This document shows positions 47,093-53,727 of a DNA stretch of 64,000 nucleotides, in pieces. Under the pieces are notes generated by a model. The model saw only the letters and a list, made by a program, of their open reading frames with translations, had not been told where the DNA came from and did not search any database. The DNA is from a virus. A program made the position numbers and the translations under genes. The stretch spans positions 32,001 through 96,000 of IMG/VR virus record IMGVR_UViG_3300045431_000601; one strand, given 5' to 3'. Numbering within the stretch: position 1 is the stretch's first letter; each line of letters starts with the position of its first letter.

Positions 47093-47504
47093 AATAAATT
47101 GTATTAAAAAATTTTTTTACAGCTTCATCCCCGACAATGTTAAAAAAATTTCCATCAATTTCTATTTTTTCTGTTTTTGTGCCATTTAAGATATAGTCTC
47201 TTCCTTCTTTCCTGACCTTAATTTTGACAAATCCTTTAGCTATATTATTTGGTATTCCTGGGTATCTTTCTAAATCTTGCAGATTTTCGTATTTTATTTT
47301 TGCCTTAATAGTTCTATTTTCTGGAATATATTGAACATTTTCTGTAGAAACATCTTCGTATCCTAACAAAGAATTAGATTCTTGATTTAAAATAATTTTT
47401 TTTGGTTCTTTATGAACAATAATATCTCTGGCAAAAGTATCAAAAAGATCTTCAATTAATGGGCTTAAGTTATTTTTTTCTGTATCGTTAAGAAGGCTAG
47501 GCAT
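47064..47504 (-). CDS. Putative head closure (stopper) protein
   Basis: 146-aa beta-rich protein; synteny. Confidence 0.5.
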   Translation of the reverse strand: MPSLLNDTEKNNLSPLIEDLFDTFARDIIVHKEPKKIILNQESNSLLGYEDVSTENVQYIPENRTIKAKIKYENLQDLERYPGIPNNIAKGFVKIKVRKEGRDYILNGTKTEKIEIDGNFFNIVGDEAVKKFFNTIYYVFYLEATK

Positions 47505-47506
47505 TT

Positions 47507-48001
47507 TTAATCCCTCGTTCTTGGGCTTTTATTGTAAATTTTTAATTCCGCAGATACAACGTCGTCTCCTGCGACTTGCATAGGAGAAGCGCTATTAATT
47601 TTATAGAGATCAATCAATTTATTTAATGAATCTACTTCTTGATTTTTTAATTGAGCATAGTTTTTAGCTAATTCATTCTTGTTTATTTTTACAACAGTGC
47701 TTCCGTCATCAGTTACGCTAACGACACTGTCTAGGCTTGCTGAACCCAAAGTTTTCTTGTAGAGCCTTGTGTAATAATGTATAGAGTATAATTTTTTTAA
47801 AATAGACCCCTCTAAACCTGAAAATGTATCAGGCTTAATTTCTAAAGATTCAGAGTCTATTTGGTATTCTTTATTTAAAAGAATGTTGAGTTGATATATA
47901 TTAGATCTAATCCAGAAAGCGATACTTGCAACATTTATGTCTTCTGGTTCGTCTAATTCTCTATAAATTTGGTCAGATATATCTACAATTTTAAAGCCCA
48001 T
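47507..48001 (-). CDS. Putative head-tail adaptor
   Basis: 164-aa helical protein with a SVTDDGSTV hairpin; synteny. Confidence 0.5.
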   Translation of the reverse strand: MGFKIVDISDQIYRELDEPEDINVASIAFWIRSNIYQLNILLNKEYQIDSESLEIKPDTFSGLEGSILKKLYSIHYYTRLYKKTLGSASLDSVVSVTDDGSTVVKINKNELAKNYAQLKNQEVDSLNKLIDLYKINSASPMQVAGDDVVSAELKIYNKSPRTRD

Positions 48002-48012
48002 ATATAGTGTTA

Positions 48013-48018
48013 TTACAC
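48013..48018 (-). promoter_or_regulatory. GTGTAA putative late promoter within a 9-bp inverted repeat
   Basis: 11 nt upstream of ATG 48001; ATATAGTGT-TATT-ACACTATAT. Confidence 0.6.
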
Positions 48019-48037
48019 TATATTAACCTAAGATTTA

Positions 48038-49171
48038 TTACCAATTTTGTTCGGCTAAAGGTATCCTTGCCCATTTATCTCCGCTAGTGCATAGATAAAA
48101 ATAATTTGAATCAAATGTCCATTGACCAGAAACTCCAGGAGAATTAGAAGAAGCCGGAGGAGAAACACGATTATACCCGTTAAAGCTATTTCCAGCGAAA
48201 CCTAGCGCTGAATATATAGCGTCTTGCATAGAAGATAGAGTTGTTGATAATTCATCAGAAGAAACATATCTACTATCTACGTATCCATCAAAATCATAAA
48301 CTGATCCGCTAATAGAATCTATCTTATTGCTTAGGCCTAATGTTTCGTTGATTCTTTCGTTAAGAGTATTAAGTTGATTAAAACTAATAAAGTTATTAGA
48401 ATTACTTACGAATAGATCATTAATCATTGTTACTATGACGCCTGTATACGAATTATCTAATAAATGACCAGTGCTATTTTGAGTGACAAATACGCCGGTT
48501 TGGTTTTTTTGAACAAAGGAAGTCAAACTTGAATTTGTTAAAAATGTAGAAGCTTGACTTTTAGGTATAAAAAAATCTTGTCCAGACAATAAAATAGGCA
48601 CATTTGCGGCTAAAGAAGCGTTGATTTTATCATAATATTCTTGATACATTCCAGAAACTTTTGCAACATCACTTCTAAAATTAGGGATATCAAAATTTAT
48701 TATTGAGTTTTGTTTTAAATTTAGAGCCGATAAATTAAGCTCTAATACAGTTTGATTATTTAAGATACCACTTTGAGCATAGGTTAATGTATTAATTTTC
48801 GAGTTAAAAAGTAATTGAAAATCATTTAAATCTTCCTTTGTGGCTTGATTATTCCTAAAAGAATCGATTCTACTATCTACTTGATTAAATTTATTATTTA
48901 GGTTAATAACTCCTGTTTCATACGTATTGTATTTAGTAGCAAAATTATTTAAGCTTTGATTTAGATACCCGCTTAACGCAGAGAAAGAAGAAGATTCATT
49001 TGAACCAGTATAACTAATAACAATTTCGTTCTGAGCTTGATTTGTAGTAATATCTATGCCACTAACTCCTTGCAGCACAATATTTTGTCCGCTTAATCCA
49101 TTAATGGATGTAGGGTCTCCCTTAGGTCCTTGCGGTCCAGCTGGGCCAACAGTTATAACATTGTCAGACAT
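48038..49171 (-). CDS. Fibre/whisker-like trimeric protein
   Basis: N-terminal GPAGPQGPKGD, central coiled coil, C-terminal PASSNSPGVSGQWTFDSNYFYLC..W motif common in phage fibres. Confidence 0.6.
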   Translation of the reverse strand: MSDNVITVGPAGPQGPKGDPTSINGLSGQNIVLQGVSGIDITTNQAQNEIVISYTGSNESSSFSALSGYLNQSLNNFATKYNTYETGVINLNNKFNQVDSRIDSFRNNQATKEDLNDFQLLFNSKINTLTYAQSGILNNQTVLELNLSALNLKQNSIINFDIPNFRSDVAKVSGMYQEYYDKINASLAANVPILLSGQDFFIPKSQASTFLTNSSLTSFVQKNQTGVFVTQNSTGHLLDNSYTGVIVTMINDLFVSNSNNFISFNQLNTLNERINETLGLSNKIDSISGSVYDFDGYVDSRYVSSDELSTTLSSMQDAIYSALGFAGNSFNGYNRVSPPASSNSPGVSGQWTFDSNYFYLCTSGDKWARIPLAEQNW

Positions 49172-49180
49172 ATAAATTCC

Positions 49181-49513
49181 TTATATAGTTACACTAGGTA
49201 AAATCTTAATTTTACCTGCGACCAAGATTTCTTTGTTTAAAGAGTCTGAAAATCTATGTATATCATACAAGAATTCTCCTATAGGCAAATTTTTTGTTTC
49301 CTGAGAATCTAAGGAAAATTGAATTATCCCTTGAGTAGCATTAAAAATATTAGGAGATAAATCTAATAAAAAATTATTGTCTGAAAAGTTTTTTTTTACT
49401 TTTCCGGTTAAAGAATAACCAGTCAAATTAGACGGGGAGCCGTCTATTTCCTTTATTAAAAACCTTTTTGTAAGAGCTTGATTTTGATAAATAAAAAAAT
49501 CATACTTTATCAT
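49181..49513 (-). CDS. BppU-like/fibre attachment beta-sandwich protein
   Basis: I.Q....NLTGYS..GKVKK..GIIQFSL..ET.NL..G..LYDI..ILV.GKI.I.P.VT pattern. Confidence 0.6.
   Translation of the reverse strand: MIKYDFFIYQNQALTKRFLIKEIDGSPSNLTGYSLTGKVKKNFSDNNFLLDLSPNIFNATQGIIQFSLDSQETKNLPIGEFLYDIHRFSDSLNKEILVAGKIKILPSVTI
49189..49194 (-). promoter_or_regulatory. GTGTAA putative late promoter
   Basis: 17 nt upstream of ATG 49171, with AAGGA SD. Confidence 0.55.
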
Positions 49514-49521
49514 GCAAAATA

Positions 49522-49527
49522 TTACAC
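49522..49527 (-). promoter_or_regulatory. GTGTAA putative late promoter
   Basis: 8 nt upstream of ATG 49513. Confidence 0.55.
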
Positions 49528-49552
49528 TTTAATTTAAAAATTAAAATGTAAA

Positions 49553-49894
49553 TTATTTGCCTTCTGATAAAATCTTTTTAGCTTCTTTGCTTATTTCTAC
49601 GCTAGAATTTATAGCTGCACGAGCTTTATATAAAGACGCATGTTTTTCAAATTCTCTTTTAAGTCTAGAAACTAAGGTTTCTCTATCATCTATAGGAACA
49701 AGACCCACCTTAGAGGCGTGAGTTTGAAGATCGCTTTTGTTTAAATCATTTAAATATTTTTCATATTCATTTATATCTAACGTACCATATTTTGACTCTC
49801 CAGTGTCGCCCCAAATCTGGTCAAGAGTAAGTGGCATTTTTTCTACTTTACCGTGAGTTTGATGTAGGTTGTCGATTTTTCTTTGTTTAGCCAT
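49553..49894 (-). CDS. Hypothetical protein with Rho-N/HeH-like motif
   Basis: LNDLNKSDLQTHASKVGL...RETLVSRL. Confidence 0.5.
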   Translation of the reverse strand: MAKQRKIDNLHQTHGKVEKMPLTLDQIWGDTGESKYGTLDINEYEKYLNDLNKSDLQTHASKVGLVPIDDRETLVSRLKREFEKHASLYKARAAINSSVEISKEAKKILSEGK

Positions 49895-49911
49895 ATTTAT
49901 CCTTTTAATAT

Positions 49912-49940
49912 ATTATATTAAATTTTTAGTTTTTTTCTAA
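49912..49940 (-). promoter_or_regulatory. sigma70-like promoter TTAGAA-17-TATAAT
   Basis: Lies between the capsid terminator and the AAGGA SD of the 113-aa gene. Confidence 0.45.
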
Positions 49941-49973
49941 AAAAAACCCAGAGGTATTTAACCCCTGGGTTTT
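49939..49973 (-). terminator. Intrinsic terminator after the major capsid gene
   Basis: CCCAGGGGT-TAAAT-ACCTCTGGG stem (one G-U pair) followed by T8. Confidence 0.8.
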
Positions 49974-49996
49974 AATTTTTCGTATATTATTGCTTA

Positions 49997-51106
49997 TTAG
50001 CTAAGAATAATACCCGATACTGCTCTGCCGTCTAGAGCAACTCGACCCTCTTCGAGAGAACCGTAGAAACCGATCTTCTCAGAACGAGTTACGAATTGAT
50101 CGTCGGGTAGAGCGCTGAAAGTGGAGCCACTATCAGCATTACGAGCTACAGGGCGAACAAATGCGTCCTTGGTTAAATCGAAACCAATAACGATTTCATT
50201 AGAATTACCAAACGCAGGACCATTAGTAGGAGTGCTACCGGTATTATAAATTGTACCAAATAGCGTATTGTACTTTCTGCCCTTGCCTAGTTCGACTAAC
50301 TCATGAATAGTTACGCCAAACAACGATTGAACTCCTGCTGCGCGATAGATATCTTCTCTAACGCCATCAGGAAGAGCTTGTTTACCAGCTGGTGTGCTCT
50401 CAGTGCTCATTGGATTCCAAGAGAAGGAACGCAATTGAGCTTTTACTTCAGGGCTAACGAATATATCAGTTAGACCATAAGTATCAGCAGTTGATCCGCC
50501 CGCCCAGGAGGTATTTAGTCTTTTGATTAGGACCATTAAGCTGTTTAAAGCGTTTAGATCAAAACCAGAAGCAGAAGTTACTAAATGTTTCCCCGCAGAA
50601 TTGCCAGTAGCAACTGCGGTTGGAGAGTTAGCTTCAGCAAGAGCTTTGAGAACGACTGCCCATGCATTACGCTCTTGTTTTACAAGAACTTCATTTGCCA
50701 TTCTCTCTACGGCTTTGCTAACTACATCAAGACGGCCACGACGAGCATATCTTTTTAGGAAAGAGACGGCGCTATCTAGACGATAGGTCGAAACTTTCAT
50801 TTCTGAGAACCCTTCAACCGTGGAGGTAGGGAGACCACCAGCTACGTTTTGAGTCCAAACAGTGACATAATCTTGACCAGCGTTATGCCATAAATCCAAA
50901 GGAATCGAAGGATTGTCGTCTTCGTCATATGGAAGATCAGAATAAATAGCGCTTGCAGTACCGGCTTGCATTAGCACTTTGCTAACAACAGGACCGATAA
51001 AAGCAGCAAAAGCTTCTACGGCTTCTCTTGCAACAGTTGTATCTCTGCTGCCCATAGCTTTTACAAGCTCAATTTGTTCTGGTGTGTTTTTTAATTTTAA
51101 TTTCAT
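49997..51106 (-). CDS. Major capsid protein (HK97 fold)
   Basis: 369 aa, strong AAAGGAGA SD, follows protease and decoration genes, followed by a terminator; LTDIFVSPE and GFYGSLEEGRVALD patterns. Confidence 0.8.
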   Translation of the reverse strand: MKLKLKNTPEQIELVKAMGSRDTTVAREAVEAFAAFIGPVVSKVLMQAGTASAIYSDLPYDEDDNPSIPLDLWHNAGQDYVTVWTQNVAGGLPTSTVEGFSEMKVSTYRLDSAVSFLKRYARRGRLDVVSKAVERMANEVLVKQERNAWAVVLKALAEANSPTAVATGNSAGKHLVTSASGFDLNALNSLMVLIKRLNTSWAGGSTADTYGLTDIFVSPEVKAQLRSFSWNPMSTESTPAGKQALPDGVREDIYRAAGVQSLFGVTIHELVELGKGRKYNTLFGTIYNTGSTPTNGPAFGNSNEIVIGFDLTKDAFVRPVARNADSGSTFSALPDDQFVTRSEKIGFYGSLEEGRVALDGRAVSGIILS

Positions 51107-51128
51107 ATTAAATTTCTCCTTTTTGAAA

Positions 51129-51719
51129 TTATAGCTCTACTTTTAGTAGGGCCACTCCATCGGGGTTAATATCGCTTAGCAATTTACCAATTCTTGTAGC
51201 AGAATCAGAACCACTTAGAGATAAGCCGCCATTAGCTGCTAGGAATACATCTTGACCAACCTGAGAAGATGTTCCAGGAGCAGAAAATCCAGAGTAAGTA
51301 ACGATTCCTCTTGTAAGAACTGGAACTGTATGACCGTTGATAACGGCACCAATTTCAGCAGCTTTGCGAGGATGATAAACTAATTTTTCTCCGTTCTCAT
51401 CAGTTTCACGAACATCCATAAGAACGAGGCCGAGTACGGCGTCGCTTACGGTGCTAGGCACAGCTAGTTTTGCTCTTGTGCCATATCGTAGAGATACGGT
51501 ATTGTTTACTCCTTGACCTACGTTGCCGATTTCATAGGTAGGAACAGTATCATTTTCCCAACCAAAACCAGCTACGCTAGAGCCAGATGTGTCTCCGGCT
51601 ACTTTAACGACTGTTCCTTTCGCAAGGACGAGGCCGCTATTGTCAGGAGTACCATGATAACCAAATAAATTGACGACATCATGTTCGTCATAACTTCTAA
51701 ATGGTAATAGATTAGGCAT
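51129..51719 (-). CDS. Head decoration/cement protein
   Basis: Gly-rich beta protein between the protease and MCP genes, with strong SD. Confidence 0.6.
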   Translation of the reverse strand: MPNLLPFRSYDEHDVVNLFGYHGTPDNSGLVLAKGTVVKVAGDTSGSSVAGFGWENDTVPTYEIGNVGQGVNNTVSLRYGTRAKLAVPSTVSDAVLGLVLMDVRETDENGEKLVYHPRKAAEIGAVINGHTVPVLTRGIVTYSGFSAPGTSSQVGQDVFLAANGGLSLSGSDSATRIGKLLSDINPDGVALLKVEL

Positions 51720-51733
51720 ATTTTTCTCCTTTA

Positions 51734-52414
51734 TTATTTAGTAAATACTTCAAAACCTTCTAATTCAAAAGCTTTAGCGTATTTTTCTTTGACGCTTGGC
51801 GTTTGAGCAGAAGAAGAATTGGGTATTTGATTTGAAGCCTTTGTTCCATTGTCAACAGCTTGGTTAACAACTTCTTCATTGGATTTCTCTACAACTTCAG
51901 ACGCTTTTGTTTCTGCTACAACAGCTTCTGTTTTCACTTCTGCTTGCGTAGTTTCTTTTTGCGTCTTTTCGCTTAAAGCCTTTTTGAAGGCTTTGCTTTT
52001 CTCTTTCATGAGAACAGCTAGAGAATCTTTATACTCTTCAAAAGTTTTTTCATCAAGATTCTTAATTTGCTTTGTTATTACTTGACGATCTTCGTCAGAT
52101 AAATCATACTCTTCATCAAGAGAAGCCATACGCATATTAAAGGCTTCTTCTTGAGCTTTTGCTGCTTTTTCAGCTTCAAGCATAGATAATTTTTGTTTTA
52201 AATCTTCAACTTCTTTTTTAACGGTTTCGTTATCAGCGCTAATCGCAGATAGCTTTTCGTTAGCAGATTTTAGATCATTCTCTTTAGAAGTTTTTTCTGC
52301 TAAGAATTGATCGTTTACTTTTTTAAGTTCTTCAGAAATAAAATCAGTAATGCTAGAAGCAGTTACTTCTTTTAGAAGAGCGTCTGTAATTTCTTCGATT
52401 TTTGTTATTTTCAT
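51734..52414 (-). CDS. Nested in-frame scaffolding protein (internal start Met277, 226 aa)
   Basis: In-frame ATG at the domain boundary, preceded by purine-rich GAAAGAGAGAA and a GATGTAA motif. Confidence 0.55.
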   Translation of the reverse strand: MKITKIEEITDALLKEVTASSITDFISEELKKVNDQFLAEKTSKENDLKSANEKLSAISADNETVKKEVEDLKQKLSMLEAEKAAKAQEEAFNMRMASLDEEYDLSDEDRQVITKQIKNLDEKTFEEYKDSLAVLMKEKSKAFKKALSEKTQKETTQAEVKTEAVVAETKASEVVEKSNEEVVNQAVDNGTKASNQIPNSSSAQTPSVKEKYAKAFELEGFEVFTK

Positions 52415-53242
52415 ATTTATTCTCTCTTTCTTTACATCTAAAACGTCTTTTTGGGAAATATTATTTTCATTTGCTTCTGCAGCTAAAGAGTCTGTTTTTT
52501 CTTGTTTTACTGCTACACCCTTTACGTCTGCGGCTGGATTTAGGGTTAATCCTACTCCTAAAGGTAATACTTTACCAATAACTTGACGATAAATATATTG
52601 ATTATCGCTTATTTTACCGCTGCCGCCAAAACCTCTTAAATTATTTTCTAATTTAGCTACCTCATTTGCATCTGTAATATATTTGCCATTTTCTATATTC
52701 TTCTCGTTTTCTTCGAGAACAATTATATTATATTTATCAAATCCTAATTCCCAACTTGCACTTATTTTCATGTAATTGTCACTAGTAGGGTCGTTAGAAT
52801 CTTCTAATTTTTCTGCTAAATCATGGTCTACAATTTTCCATATAATTCCGCCCAAAGTGATATTAAAAGGAGTTTTTGTGTCTTTGATTTCTTCTTCTTT
52901 TAATTCTTCGCTTGATCCAAATTTACTAAAGCTAGAGCTTAATATTGTACCAACAATAATGTTTCTGTTGTGTTCTATATTAATTGGTTTGTTAATAAAA
53001 TTTTTAGCTATAGATAGCGCTGTAGGAGTATCAATTACGTCTCCATTTTTATTAACCCTATTGACTACGCAAGCATCAAAAGCTATAGCAAGTAAATCAA
53101 TATTGGTTGTAATATCAATTTCAGGGATAAATTTTTTCAATTCATTTAAAGAAGCTACTGAAAGATACTTATCTTTTTCTTCGCTTACAATTGGTTTGAT
53201 TTGAATATTAGAAAATATAGAATTAAATTTTAATTTTTTCAT
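51734..53242 (-). CDS. Prohead protease fused to a coiled-coil scaffold
   Basis: NKNGD..FINKPINIEH..SASWELGF protease-like N-half; E/K/A-rich coiled-coil C-half. Confidence 0.75.
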   Translation of the reverse strand: MKKLKFNSIFSNIQIKPIVSEEKDKYLSVASLNELKKFIPEIDITTNIDLLAIAFDACVVNRVNKNGDVIDTPTALSIAKNFINKPINIEHNRNIIVGTILSSSFSKFGSSEELKEEEIKDTKTPFNITLGGIIWKIVDHDLAEKLEDSNDPTSDNYMKISASWELGFDKYNIIVLEENEKNIENGKYITDANEVAKLENNLRGFGGSGKISDNQYIYRQVIGKVLPLGVGLTLNPAADVKGVAVKQEKTDSLAAEANENNISQKDVLDVKKERINMKITKIEEITDALLKEVTASSITDFISEELKKVNDQFLAEKTSKENDLKSANEKLSAISADNETVKKEVEDLKQKLSMLEAEKAAKAQEEAFNMRMASLDEEYDLSDEDRQVITKQIKNLDEKTFEEYKDSLAVLMKEKSKAFKKALSEKTQKETTQAEVKTEAVVAETKASEVVEKSNEEVVNQAVDNGTKASNQIPNSSSAQTPSVKEKYAKAFELEGFEVFTK

Positions 53243-53688
53243 ATCGCATTAGTATTCCTTTCGGGTTCGTCTAAATAAAGATTGTCTGGATTGTTAAAAG
53301 TTATTTTTTCTTCTTCAAGAAGACTATAATCTTTGTCTGACGGCTCTATCGAACTATCTATAACAAAAAACAATTTGTTTTTATTCACAACAGAAGAATT
53401 TTCAAATTTTCTATTACCTTGTAATATATCAAAATATACATTTATTTTTGCCATAGCATATTCATGGGCGGTTCTATTTAAATTCAAAGGAATATTATAT
53501 ATAGAATTTTTATATATTCTTTTTAAGTTTGAAAGAGATACTTTCTTTTTTGTCGCAGAGTTAAAAGCCTTGCATTTACGGTCTAATAAATTAATAATAT
53601 TTTTTGATATTTCTATTCCATCTTCTTGGCTCGTGATCTGAGTGGTTTGATATAGAAAATTTTCAAATTCTAAATTAGAATATTTCAT
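53239..53688 (-). CDS. Hypothetical head-module protein
   Basis: 149-aa ORF with an upstream GTGTAA motif; coupled to the protease gene by an ATGA overlap. Confidence 0.65.
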   Translation of the reverse strand: MKYSNLEFENFLYQTTQITSQEDGIEISKNIINLLDRKCKAFNSATKKKVSLSNLKRIYKNSIYNIPLNLNRTAHEYAMAKINVYFDILQGNRKFENSSVVNKNKLFFVIDSSIEPSDKDYSLLEEEKITFNNPDNLYLDEPERNTNAI

Positions 53689-53697
53689 TCTAGGTTA

Positions 53698-53703
53698 TTA
53701 CAC
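53698..53703 (-). promoter_or_regulatory. GTGTAA putative late promoter
   Basis: 9 nt upstream of ATG 53688. Confidence 0.55.
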
Positions 53704-53727
53704 AAAAACCGCCTAGATTTTACCTTA

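Noticed and set aside
44552-48001. Contractile tail sheath gene
   Set aside because: No ORF of suitable size or motif between the neck genes and the tail tube; the layout fits a non-contractile tail.
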